NCBI GenBank assembly: GCA_963804955.1
Contig: CAWDSQ010000013.1
Location: 64,001-128,000 of the forward strand
Source: an uncultured delta proteobacterium
Lineage (GTDB): Bacteria; Desulfobacterota; WTBG01; CAIYCZ01; CAIRTM01
Direction of reading: 5' to 3'
DNA length: 64,000 bases
Shown: positions 1-9,707 of the stretch, piece by piece
Numbering within the stretch: the stretch's first letter is position 1
Layout of the letters: each line of letters opens with the position of its first letter
Position numbers and translations under genes: made by a program
The notes under the pieces: model-generated
Seen by the model: the letters and a program-made list of their open reading frames with translations, nothing else
Databases searched by the model: none
What the model was told of the DNA's origin: nothing

Positions 1-1181
1 ATACCATGTGGCGTCAACACATATTTATTTGTCGTAATACGGCTCACATTCGATTCATGCATTCCCACATCCTCGGCAATATCCCGCAGCACCAGTGGTT
101 TCAAGTAGCCTGAGCCATAATCAAAAAAATCATGCTGAAACTTGATAATGCTTTTCATGACGTTCACAATGGTCGACTGGCGATGATACACGCTTTTTAT
201 AAGCCAGACAGCAGAGCGCAGCTTATCCTGTATGTACTCCCGTGTTTTATCAGAACTGCCCTTATTGCCGGCAAGAATGTTTTTATAAAAAGAATTAATG
301 CGAAGTTTGGGCTGACCATCCTCGTTGAGCATGACGACATATTCGTCTCCGGACTTGTAGACGTATATATCAGGAGTAACATACTGCGTTTCATTATCGT
401 TAAAAGCCCGTCCCGGTCGCGGCTCCATATTGGCAATAATCTCACAGGCCTCAAGCACCTCCTTGAGCGGCATCTTTAAGTCCCGCGCAATAACTTGATA
501 CTTCTTTCTTTCAAGCGCCTTCATGCAGTTCAACAGTATCTGTTTTATAAGCCCGCTATCGCAGGGAAGCAGCTCAGCCTGAGCGAGCAGGCACTCGGCA
601 AGATTAAGGGAGGCAACGCCTACAGGATCAAACCGCAGAATTCTTCTGCGCACCTCCTCGACGCGCTGTCGTCTCGACACCAAGATCAGCAGCAACCTCA
701 TCCGGCGTCAGAAGAAGATAGCCGTCTTTGTTAATATTGCCTATGATATACTCGCCAATCTCCATTTCCTGATCGCTGAGAGCATGAAGATGAAGCTGCC
801 AGAGCAAATGGTCTGCAAAAGAAGTTTTTTTGGTAATGGACGGAGAATACTCCTCTCGCTCACCCTCCATCAAAATAACCGCCGCCGGAAGGACCGAAGG
901 AACGATCGACATAATCGCGCCAGTCGAAATCGTCCGCAGGATCGGCCTTGCGATCCTCCAGAACAGCTGCTTCATCAATCGTGATCTCCGCGCTCGTCTT
1001 TTGCCTCAAGCTCCGGCTCCAGCGTTTCGTCAAGAACGGGGTTTTCATTAATCTCCTGGGTAATAAGATCGGAAAGCTCAAGGCGCGAAAGCTGCAGGAG
1101 CTTAATCGCCTGCTGCAGCTGAGGAGTCATAACTAGCTGCTGAGTAAGTTTGAGTTGTTGCTTGAGTTCCATGCCAGACAA
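1..1181 (-). CDS. rpoN: RNA polymerase sigma-54 factor, 3' end beyond window edge, split by apparent indel errors
   Basis: N-terminus [33 protein letters not shown]; later frames give [15 protein letters not shown] and, near base 1-100, [25 protein letters not shown]. Lies directly after lptB. Confidence 0.95.
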
Positions 1182-1184
1182 CCA

Positions 1185-1910
1185 TTACATGCTGAATTTT
1201 TCGCCTAAATATATTGCGCGGGCACTGCTGCTTTCAACAATCTTCTCGGGCTCGCCCTCTTCAAGCACGCGGCCTTCATATATAATATATGCACGCTTAC
1301 AGATATTAAGCGTTTCGCGTACATTATGGTCGGATATAAGCACGCCGATGCCTTTAGCGCTCAGCCTCATTATTATATTTTGAATGTCCTGAACTGCAAT
1401 CGGATCAACTCCGGTGAAAGGCTCGTCGAAAAGAATAAATTGGGGTGACGTTACAAGAGCCCTGGTAATCTCAACGCGGCGTCGCTCACCGCCGGAGAGA
1501 AGATATGCTTTCCGTTTAGCAATATGCGCAATAGTGAGTTCACGCAGATTCTCCTCAAGACGTTCCTGCATTTCCTCGCGGGTTATCGGCAGGGTTTCAA
1601 GCACGGCCATGATGTTTTCCTCGACCGTAAGCTTTCGAAAAATTGAGGTTTCCTGTGGCAGATAGGTGATTCCTTTGCGCGCCCGCAAATACATCGGATA
1701 TTCGGTTATATCTTCCGAGTTAAAGTAAACTTGGCCGGCATCAGGCTTATAAATTCCCGTGAGCATATAAAAGGTTGTCGTTTTACCGGCGCCATTTGGG
1801 CCAAGCAGCCCCACCACCTCGCCCTTGTTCACCTCAATGGAGATATTGTCGACAACCCTTTTTTTACCGAAATTTTTTATAAGACCATGTGATCTAAGCT
1901 GACTCATCAA
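1185..1910 (-). CDS. lptB: LPS export ABC transporter ATP-binding protein
   Basis: Walker A GPNGAGKTT, LSGGERRRVEI, DEPFTGVDP, SDHNVRETL; kds/lpt context. Confidence 0.96.
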   Translation of the reverse strand: MMSQLRSHGLIKNFGKKRVVDNISIEVNKGEVVGLLGPNGAGKTTTFYMLTGIYKPDAGQVYFNSEDITEYPMYLRARKGITYLPQETSIFRKLTVEENIMAVLETLPITREEMQERLEENLRELTIAHIAKRKAYLLSGGERRRVEITRALVTSPQFILFDEPFTGVDPIAVQDIQNIIMRLSAKGIGVLISDHNVRETLNICKRAYIIYEGRVLEEGEPEKIVESSSARAIYLGEKFSM

Positions 1911-1982
1911 AACCTTTCAAGTCAAAGTCCTCATCCGGAAACTAGCTGTGAGTCCATTGCACTGAGTACAATATAGTATTTT

Positions 1983-3161
1983 TTATTTCTTTTTTCCCTT
2001 CTTTTCTTTGGGTTGGATGGTAGCGCTGACCCTGTCCTGAGAGGTTCCCTCAACAACACTCCGATCCTGCTTCAGATAGACTGTAATTTTATTGCCGACA
2101 ATAACATTATTGCCCTGCCAAACACGGGGATTACCCGTTGCAACAATTTTTTGTTCATCGCCGTAGAACACTATTTTCTGTCCGGTAGCAATGCGGTCTC
2201 CCTGTATAATCTTCACATTTCCTGTTGCTGCCAACTCCTTGATTCCGCCCTTTTCATTCTTTTCACCAGACTTGCCGGCATAGGTGGCTTCCATCTGATC
2301 GGCAAACATGGACAGATCACCTTGCCGGGCTACGACATTGCCGCGAAAAATAGCGGTATTGTCCTTGTTGCTGTACTCAAGAGAATCAGAACTTATATTC
2401 ACCGGCTGATCAAGCTTTAACGACTTCCCGTCTTCTTTTCTATCACTTCCCTGCTTTTTCTTCTTTTCAGGCACAGCATGCTTTGGCGGGCTGTCTTCCA
2501 CCAGCTCTTCGAGCTGTTGAGGATCACCTGAAGACTTTAACTGCCGTGCTTCCGCGTCAGCCATCTCCTGCTCATCAGCCAGTTCACGGTCAACTGCTTT
2601 TTCATAGTCTGCTGCGCCAGTCTCACCTGCAGGAGCTGCGTATTTCTTTCTTATTGTCACTTTCGGCCGCTGTGCCGAAGGAATCAGAGGCGCCTTGTCA
2701 AGCAGTTCCTGCTCGATCTTTCGGGCGAGTTCATCAATAACCCTGTCTACATCCGGACCTTCGGCATAGGTCTTAAAATAGTTGTCACCAGGAAAATTAT
2801 AAAAAACCTGCGTATCAATACTCACGGCATCCTGCACCGTCGTTACGCTGCCAAACAGCACAAAATTTACATTCAACTGCCGGGCAACCTCCCGCAGCCG
2901 GTCCTCGCTTGGTGCGGCGGCTTCATCCCGGTCAATGACCGCTTTCAAATCATCAATAGCAGGTGTCACAATAAGCGGGCTGGCAGAAAGCTGCTGCAAG
3001 AGCTTCACCGCGACATCCCTGCCAAGAGATGTTTTCTGCTCTCCGCTGAATGATTCAAACGGGAGCACAGCTGCGCTCACCGCAATATCCTGCTCTGCCC
3101 GGGCCGTACAGGGCACAAGCAGCGCAACCAGGACCATACCAAACAAAATATTTTTTTTCAT
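1983..3161 (-). CDS. lptA: LptA (OstA-domain) LPS transport protein with an extra N-terminal domain and charged linker
   Basis: Signal peptide; C-terminal ~150 aa PVNISSDSLEY..FRGNVVARQG..ATGNVKIIQG..GNPRVWQG; located between lptC and lptB. Confidence 0.85.
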   Translation of the reverse strand: MKKNILFGMVLVALLVPCTARAEQDIAVSAAVLPFESFSGEQKTSLGRDVAVKLLQQLSASPLIVTPAIDDLKAVIDRDEAAAPSEDRLREVARQLNVNFVLFGSVTTVQDAVSIDTQVFYNFPGDNYFKTYAEGPDVDRVIDELARKIEQELLDKAPLIPSAQRPKVTIRKKYAAPAGETGAADYEKAVDRELADEQEMADAEARQLKSSGDPQQLEELVEDSPPKHAVPEKKKKQGSDRKEDGKSLKLDQPVNISSDSLEYSNKDNTAIFRGNVVARQGDLSMFADQMEATYAGKSGEKNEKGGIKELAATGNVKIIQGDRIATGQKIVFYGDEQKIVATGNPRVWQGNNVIVGNKITVYLKQDRSVVEGTSQDRVSATIQPKEKKGKKK

Positions 3162-3751
3162 TTGCTCCCCAGCGCCTTTACATTACTCGAAATTGTCAAT
3201 TTTTCCTTAGCCATATCTATTATCATGCCCTTACCTTCCAATGCAAACTTACTATTGCGCCGGATGAAAACCTTATCCTGCGTCGTTATAAGCCGTTTAG
3301 CATGATCATAATCGACAGACTCTGTCTGTATGGTTGTGTTGTCCGGCATGGAACCCCATATTTCGCCATGCATCTTGATATCACGGGATTCCGTATTGAA
3401 TTCGCCGTGCCGGCCTCGTATTTTAAACACCTTCCCATTGGGCCGATAAACGCTTACGAAAAGATTTTCCAGAATAACGCGCTTTTCGTTTTGCAGATAC
3501 TGCGCGGATTCGGCATCCAAATCCCACTCTTTAAAATTATCATTGTTTGTGGTTGAGTATGCAACATTTTTCAGCGCAACACTCGGGCCGGCGGCATTGA
3601 TGGCCTGGGGAAGGTCTGTTTTAATAACGATCTGTTGCTTTTTGCTGCCGATAGCCATTCCGACTACGACCGAAACAGCTACGGCAGCAACAAATAGAAG
3701 CGCAAAACGTATTCTTTTAATGGTTACCATTGTCTTCTCGCAATGCAGCAT
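3158..3751 (-). CDS. lptC: LPS export periplasmic protein LptC (true start probably about 3730)
   Basis: N-terminal TM helix, then WDLDAESAQY..IQTESVDYD..EGKGM beta-jellyroll pattern; operon position. Confidence 0.88.
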   Translation of the reverse strand: MLHCEKTMVTIKRIRFALLFVAAVAVSVVVGMAIGSKKQQIVIKTDLPQAINAAGPSVALKNVAYSTTNNDNFKEWDLDAESAQYLQNEKRVILENLFVSVYRPNGKVFKIRGRHGEFNTESRDIKMHGEIWGSMPDNTTIQTESVDYDHAKRLITTQDKVFIRRNSKFALEGKGMIIDMAKEKLTISSNVKALGSK

Positions 3752-3794
3752 ACAAGGATGCTGCGTCCGTTAGTCTGAAATGATGAACTCCTCA

Positions 3795-4313
3795 TCAGTA
3801 ATATCTGGATGTAACGGCCTGCCAGGTACCCTGAGCTTTCATAATCATATCACACACTTCCCGTACAGCTCCATCACCGCCGGCATGCCGTGTCGTATAA
3901 TGCGCCAGCAGACGAACCTCATCTACCGCTCCCGGAACAGCAACCGCAAACCCGGATCGACGCAGCAGAGGCGCATCGGGCAAATCGTCGCCAACAGAAC
4001 AAATCTCCTGATCGGCAAGGCTTTTCCGGGCGACGATTTCCTCATACGCGTCAATCTTGTTTAAGGCTTTTTGATACACAATTTCTATGCCCAGATTGGC
4101 TGCCCTGTGCTCTACAGCCTTTGACATCCTCCCGGTAATGATAGCAACATCTATACCGGTACGCATAAGCATCTTGAGGCCATGCCCGTCACGACTGTCG
4201 AAAAACTTCAACTCTTCACCACTGTCACTGTAGACAATCTTACCGTCCGTCATGACGCCGTCGACATCAAGTATGAGCAGTTTAATCTTTTTTGCCTTTT
4301 GCGTGATATCCAT
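3795..4313 (-). CDS. kdsC: KDO 8-phosphate phosphatase
   Basis: HAD motif LDVDGVMTDG, RDGHG, GDDLPD, GGDGAVRE. Confidence 0.95.
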   Translation of the reverse strand: MDITQKAKKIKLLILDVDGVMTDGKIVYSDSGEELKFFDSRDGHGLKMLMRTGIDVAIITGRMSKAVEHRAANLGIEIVYQKALNKIDAYEEIVARKSLADQEICSVGDDLPDAPLLRRSGFAVAVPGAVDEVRLLAHYTTRHAGGDGAVREVCDMIMKAQGTWQAVTSRYY

Positions 4314-4332
4314 CGAAAAATATCCTCACGGA

Positions 4333-5298
4333 TCAGACAACACCGGCCTTCAGTATATCATGAAGGTGAATAAGTCCTTCAACCTTTTTCGGCACCGACT
4401 CAGACAGTACAAAGAGCGATGTAATAGCGTGCCGCTCCATCAGACGAAGCGCAGTGGCGGCAAGAGCTTTTTTTGTTATGGTTTTGGGAGACAGGGTCAT
4501 AACGTCGCGGGCTTTTTTTGTCAGAACATCACTGCATTTTTCAAGAGTTCGGCGCAAATCACCGTCTGTTATAACGCCGACAAAATTCTCATCGCTGTCG
4601 CACACGCCGGTTATACCGAGCCGTTTTGATGTCATCTCGATGAGCGCAATGCTCATCGAATCGTCCTGCGACACCATGGGGACCGCATCTTTTACATGCA
4701 TCAGATCCTCGACACGCAATAGCAGCTTCTTGCCGAGGGCGCCGCCGGGATGAAGCAGGGCGAAATCTTCTTCTTTGAATCCCCGGCGCTCAAGCACGGT
4801 TATGGCAAGGGCATCACCCATAGCCATGGTGGCAGCCGTTGATGCTGTGGGAACGAGGTTCAAAACACAGGCTTCCTCTTTAACTCCGATATCAAGTACG
4901 ACATCGCCGTTGCGTGCAAGCACGGATTCAGCATTGCCCGTCATCACGATAAGGGGCAGCCCCATGCGCTTCACCACCGGCAGCACCTTGAGCACTTCAT
5001 CCGTCTCACCGCTATTGGATATGGCAAGCACCACATCATCCTGAGACATCATGCCGATATCTCCATGAATGCCCTCGGCAGGATGTAAAAAAAAGGCGGG
5101 CGTTCCCGAGCAGGCAAAAGTAGAAGCGATTTTCCGGCCCATAATGCCGGATTTCCCGATACCAATGACGATTACCTTGCCGCTGCAGGCAAGCAGCATA
5201 TTCACCGCTTGAATGAAATTCTCATCGAGTCTATCCTGCAATTTCAGTATCGACTCTGCCTCTATTGCAAATACTTTCCTAGCCCGTTCCAGCACCAT
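4333..5298 (-). CDS. kdsD: Arabinose 5-phosphate isomerase (KpsF/GutQ, SIS + CBS domains)
   Basis: GIGKSG, HPAEGIHGDIG, SNSGETDE, HPGGALG, ITDGDLRR. Confidence 0.95.
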   Translation of the reverse strand: MVLERARKVFAIEAESILKLQDRLDENFIQAVNMLLACSGKVIVIGIGKSGIMGRKIASTFACSGTPAFFLHPAEGIHGDIGMMSQDDVVLAISNSGETDEVLKVLPVVKRMGLPLIVMTGNAESVLARNGDVVLDIGVKEEACVLNLVPTASTAATMAMGDALAITVLERRGFKEEDFALLHPGGALGKKLLLRVEDLMHVKDAVPMVSQDDSMSIALIEMTSKRLGITGVCDSDENFVGVITDGDLRRTLEKCSDVLTKKARDVMTLSPKTITKKALAATALRLMERHAITSLFVLSESVPKKVEGLIHLHDILKAGVV

Positions 5299-6123
5299 TT
5301 ACCTCTTCCCTGCTTTATCAATATTCACAATTTGCCTGAGCAGCTCCGGCAGGTCACTCAACAGCACCGAGTTTGGGCCGTCGCACAGTGCGGCATCAGG
5401 ATTTTCATGCACTTCCAAAAACAGCGCGTCTATGCCTGCTGCAACGGCAGCACGGGCCAGCGGCGCGACAAACTGCCGGTCTCCTCCCGATGCAGTGCCC
5501 TGCCCGCCGGGCAGCTGAACACTGTGCGTGGCATCAAAAACAACCGGATATCCCATAGTGCGCATGATGACCAGGCCGCGCATGTCAACCACAAGATTAT
5601 TATAGCCGAAACATGCCCCCCGCTCCGTTACCATGATGTTCTGGTTACCGGTTGATGCAGCCTTGTCAATAACCGGCATTATATCATGAGGGGCGAGAAA
5701 CTGCCCTTTTTTAATATTGATTGTTTTTCCCGCACGGGCAACTTCGATAATAAAATCGGTCTGTCGGCATAAAAACGCCGGAACCTGAAGCACATCAAGC
5801 ACGTCTGCTGCCGGCCCTATTTCTTCGAACCGGTGGACATCTGAAAGAACCGGAAGGCTGAATTCATATTTTATATTTTTGAGAATATCCAAACCAGGCT
5901 TCAGGCCGGGGCCGCGATAGGATTTAAGAGACGTGCGGTTGGCCTTATCATATGACGCTTTAAAAACAAGCGGCATGCCGGCATCAGAGGCAATTGCCTT
6001 GAGTCTTGCGGCACTTGCAAAAGCCTCTTTTTCCCCTTCAATAACGCAGGGACCGGCTATCAGCACCAGGGGGTTTCCGCCGCCCATAGTGAGAGAACCA
6101 ATTTTAACTTCACGTGTCGGCAT
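5299..6123 (-). CDS. kdsA: KDO 8-phosphate synthase
   Basis: AGPCVIE, KASYDKANRTS, PAFLCRQTD, KKGQF, DATHSVQ. Confidence 0.97.
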   Translation of the reverse strand: MPTREVKIGSLTMGGGNPLVLIAGPCVIEGEKEAFASAARLKAIASDAGMPLVFKASYDKANRTSLKSYRGPGLKPGLDILKNIKYEFSLPVLSDVHRFEEIGPAADVLDVLQVPAFLCRQTDFIIEVARAGKTINIKKGQFLAPHDIMPVIDKAASTGNQNIMVTERGACFGYNNLVVDMRGLVIMRTMGYPVVFDATHSVQLPGGQGTASGGDRQFVAPLARAAVAAGIDALFLEVHENPDAALCDGPNSVLLSDLPELLRQIVNIDKAGKR

Positions 6124-6169
6124 TGCGCTTACCTATAAAAATGAGGCTTAAAGATAAGTGAATTACGGT

Positions 6170-6910
6170 TCAAACTGCCATACCCTGCTGGTGCAAAATA
6201 CTTTCAACTGTTGCAATGTCAGCAGGCACGTCAACCCCTATAGGCTCATAATCCGTTTCTTCAACATGAATAGCAAACCCGTTTTCAAGAGCCCGCAACT
6301 GCTCGAGGCTTTCTGTCTTTTCAAGCTCGGATTGCGGCAGGCCTGTCAAGTGAAGCAGAAAATCCCTGCGGTACACATAGAGTCCAATATGGCGATACAT
6401 AGCGGCTCCTGCAGTGCGGCTGCGAAAAAACGGTATTGCGGAACGGGAGAAATAAAGCGCTCTGCCCCGGGCATCCGTAACGACCTTGACAATATTGGGG
6501 TTCGACCTATCCTGCTCGGCTTTGATCCTTGCTTTTAAAGTCCCCATGAAAATGCGTTCATCGGCCAGCAGGGGCCGGACAGCCAGGTCGATAGTATGGG
6601 GCTGCAGCAAAGGCTCATCACCCTGCACATTAACAATAAGGTCCGTTTCCATAGCCTGAGCGGCCTCTGCAATGCGGTCGGTTCCTGTTGCATGCCGGTC
6701 AGAGGTCAAGCACACTTCGCCGCCGAAAGCCTGAACAGCCCTGGCAATCTCGGCACTGTCGGTTGCAACAACCACCCGGTCAAGCACTGCACACCTGCGG
6801 GTATTTTCATACACCCGCTGAATCATCGGCTTGCCGCAAATACTTGCCAGCGGTTTGCCGGGAAACCGTGTAGAGGCGTAGCGCGCAGGTATAACCGCAA
6901 CTATCTTCAT
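6170..6910 (-). CDS. kdsB: CMP-KDO synthetase
   Basis: IPARYASTRFPGKPL, NVQGDEP, YFSRS, HIGLY, LEQLRALENG. Confidence 0.97.
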   Translation of the reverse strand: MKIVAVIPARYASTRFPGKPLASICGKPMIQRVYENTRRCAVLDRVVVATDSAEIARAVQAFGGEVCLTSDRHATGTDRIAEAAQAMETDLIVNVQGDEPLLQPHTIDLAVRPLLADERIFMGTLKARIKAEQDRSNPNIVKVVTDARGRALYFSRSAIPFFRSRTAGAAMYRHIGLYVYRRDFLLHLTGLPQSELEKTESLEQLRALENGFAIHVEETDYEPIGVDVPADIATVESILHQQGMAV

Positions 6911-7287
6911 GGCTATCTATTGAATAATACAATAATTTTAATGAATTAAATTATGCAGTATAGTTTAATTAAACTTCCAAGGCAAGAATAAAAGGATACC
7001 AGAGCGCATGCCGATTAGACACACATTACATGCAACCCGAGGGTGTCTCTGAAACAAGAAAAAAGGTATCACAGCGATCATACAACAGGAAATAAAAAAT
7101 GATACATCTCATTATACCCAAGTATACGCTTTATATTAAGATTCAGGATGGTATATCATATTGAATGAGCACATAGAGCTAAATCACGTAAAATATGATT
7201 TACCTAAATAAACACAACAAAACAAATCCGGGCATTCATTAAGAGTTGATGCAATTCACAGGTTATGTCACGCTACTATGGACTTTT

Positions 7288-7333
7288 ATCAAGAAGGCCT
7301 GAACACTCAATCGAGTATTCAGGCCTTCTTGAT
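7288..7333. terminator. Long hairpin, terminator-like
   Basis: Perfect 16-bp inverted repeat ATCAAGAAGGCCTGAA / TTCAGGCCTTCTTGAT with an inner ACTC/GAGT pair; no clear U-tract. Confidence 0.55.
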
Positions 7334-7460
7334 GCTAGAGTCTTAAATCCTCCCCGCGCTCAGTGCGATATGAGAGATAGTCATTGGTGGCTACTATTCC
7401 ACCCCCAATCCTCTTGTGAAGGATGCGTACAAAGGTTGGTTCTTCAATAGCGGCTAAAAC

Positions 7461-7643
7461 CTAACGTTTGACTGCTGCTACTTGCCGATGTACGTTTGAC
7501 TGATTGAACCAGGGGAGCTCATTTCTATGGTCCCATGCCTCCAGTACTATTGTGAAAACAATAGCAATGGCCCATGCAAGGATTAGATGCGATAAAGGGG
7601 TTTTACGTCTGATTATTAGTTGCTGAGATATCTGATCGTTCAT
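7461..7643 (-). CDS. Putative 60-aa single-pass membrane peptide
   Basis: ATG preceded by GAAGGA; hydrophobic LILAWAIAIVFTIVL; no recognised family. Confidence 0.4.
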   Translation of the reverse strand: MNDQISQQLIIRRKTPLSHLILAWAIAIVFTIVLEAWDHRNELPWFNQSNVHRQVAAVKR

Positions 7644-7795
7644 AAAAAAATCCTTCTAAAAATACTTCTGCCGTAAAAGCCCGTTCCGGCAAAAGTGGTT
7701 AGAATGCTGTGCCCGCGTTTCGATGCATGATGCTAACAGGAATACTTCGACCGCGCAGGCAGACTGCACTACCAACAAGGTTTGCAGATACTCCA

Positions 7796-7812
7796 TTCAA
7801 ATTTGGTGCCAA
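7796..7812 (-). promoter_or_regulatory. Candidate sigma54 -24/-12 promoter (variant -12)
   Basis: Minus strand TTGGCACCAAATTTGAA is GG-N10-GA; AT-rich spacer and TGTGTCA/TGTGACA-type motifs lie about 90-135 bp upstream. Confidence 0.35.
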
Positions 7813-8009
7813 GCCCTCATACAGGCACACTATGAATAATAATGAAGTATATTTATAATTTACTGAATAATTAATGCGATAAAATCCTAGAGGGAGAATG
7901 TGTCATGGCTCAGAATGTGACATCACGAACCGTGTCAATTACACATAAAGAGAAGTTAAAATACGAGCCTGAAGCAGGCTCAATATTTTAAGAATCGCAG
8001 GGTCGCCAG

Positions 8010-8157
8010 TCCGATTTTTGGCGCAGGGGCGCAATGAACCACCCCGCCGCAAATGGACGGGGCAGCAAGGACATTTTAGTTGTATATATAAATAATCGCA
8101 GCAAGCTGCGGGGAATTGACCCGTAGCGATTAAATTCGCCCCATGGTCAAAATCGGA
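8010..8157. mobile_element. Nested non-autonomous palindromic elements (IS200/IS605-end-like insert inside an outer inverted repeat)
   Basis: Outer arms TCCGATTTTTGGCGCAGGGGCG / CGCCCCATGGTCAAAATCGGA; inner 8033-8134 with CCCCGCCGC..GACGGGG and CGCAGCAAGCTGCGGGGAATTGACCCG hairpins. Confidence 0.55.
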
Positions 8158-8535
8158 TGGAAAATGCTGTCACCCATTAAAGGTTCCTCGTGTTAAATTA
8201 TCCAAGGACGGGAAGAGCATACAAAATATTGTTCCCATGTTTGCCTTCCTGCAATTCCGCATTGCGTCTCTCTAATCGAACAGATAAAAACCCGGGAGAT
8301 TACAAATCACCAAAATTTACATGGAAAAAATCTAGACGCATGGAACTACCAAAAAAGTTATCACAGCCTTTGCTGCTGCAGAGTGTGTAGGAGTGCATTC
8401 TGACATTAAAAATGTTATTTGATGTCATGCGCGGCAATGCGGAGCATATCCTCCCGCGCTCACTACACGGCACTATATATCATATGGGTTGGAGGTTTCC
8501 GGCAGGCGTTCGATGAAGCCAGGGAGATGATCGGC

Positions 8536-9200
8536 TCATGCCTGCTTCCCAAGCATTCTGCCTGTAGCATAACAGCGCTGAAGCAATTCCCTGTTGCGGC
8601 TGCTGTCATCCACAGCAAGGTTTGCCGGAAGGCCGAGTTTTTCATACAGGGCTGCGAGATCGCCTACCGGCTTTGCAACCTGACCGGCAATGGCAAGCCT
8701 GGTGCCTGAAACAACCTCAAGAGTATTTTCAGGGCCTAGTATGCCGGTCATGAATTTAAAAAGATCAATCACTGGCTGAGCGTCCGCCGCTGTCTGATGA
8801 GCCCATGCTCAGCAGCAGAACAAACCGCTTGTTCCAGGGCTGCCATGGCGTGTGCCGGATGCTCTCCGGCGTAAGCTGCACATTAATGAATGAGCGGAAG
8901 CGGTCAATTATTTTTTTGAGCGGGGCGGTAAGATGGTGAAAGTAAACAGGGGAAGCAAAAACCAGAGCATCAGCCCCCGCAATCTTTTCACGTAAAGCTT
9001 TCCAGTCATCTCCGCCCAGTGCGCAGCGCCTGAGCACATTGCAGCGCAGGCAGCCAGTGCAGTATTTAAGGTTCAGATCCTGGGCGACAAGCACCTCGGC
9101 CTGTCCGCCCGCGTCACGTACGCCGCGTAGACAGCTCTGCCAGAAGCAGCGATGTATTGCCTTTTCTGCGCGGGCTCCCGTTAAAAGCAAGAATGTTCAT
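8536..9200 (-). CDS. Flavodoxin-fold iron-sulfur flavoprotein / NADPH-dependent FMN reductase family (two apparent indels)
   Basis: Start at 9200 reads MNILAFNGSPRRKGNT; CTGCLRC..C, DDW, FASPVYF, LKKIIDR. Confidence 0.85.
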
Positions 9201-9212
9201 AATCAGAAAACC

Positions 9213-9580
9213 TCAGGCTGGTGTGATAAATGATGTGTCCTTGAAATAGTCGCTAAGGGAAACAATGCGACCACCGGAAAAATGCATAAGGTCAGGCCGC
9301 GGTTGCGGTATGGCTCGCCTTCAGCAGTCTGCCCCTCATTGGTCCATACAACACAGGCTCGCTCGCCATCGGACAGGACTTCCTGCACCGTAAACACGAG
9401 ACGGGAGTATTTTCGAAACAGCAGTTTCAAAAAAAGAAGCATCCGCCTTGACCCGTCGATAGCGCCTGCACCGGGAAAATCGAATGCAACGTTCGGGGCA
9501 AGATGGCGTTCCAGATCAGTAAAATCGCGCGTGTTCATGGCATTAAAAAAAGTTCGCGCCTGTAGCCCTGGTGTTGCCAT
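9213..9580 (-). CDS. SnoaL/NTF2-like family protein (indel near 3' end)
   Basis: FFNAMNTRD..LAPNVAFDFPG..DGERACVVW..GEPYRNRG; alternative frame ends SDYFKDTSF. Confidence 0.75.
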
Positions 9581-9707
9581 GCCTGACCCTCCTTTTGCCT
9601 GCGATCCATTGTGCGGACATGGGTAGCCCGCATGCCTGAGATGTGCTATACATCTACCATAAACAATCGTTGAACACCACCTGCGGATTGTCCCGCAAAG
9701 GAGATGC

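Noticed and set aside
8190..8390. 66-aa ORF and similar short ORFs in repeat-containing spacers (13750-14029, 14577-14882, 50613-50867, 59954-60271)
   Set aside because: No protein motifs or convincing RBS; most overlap palindromic elements or terminators.
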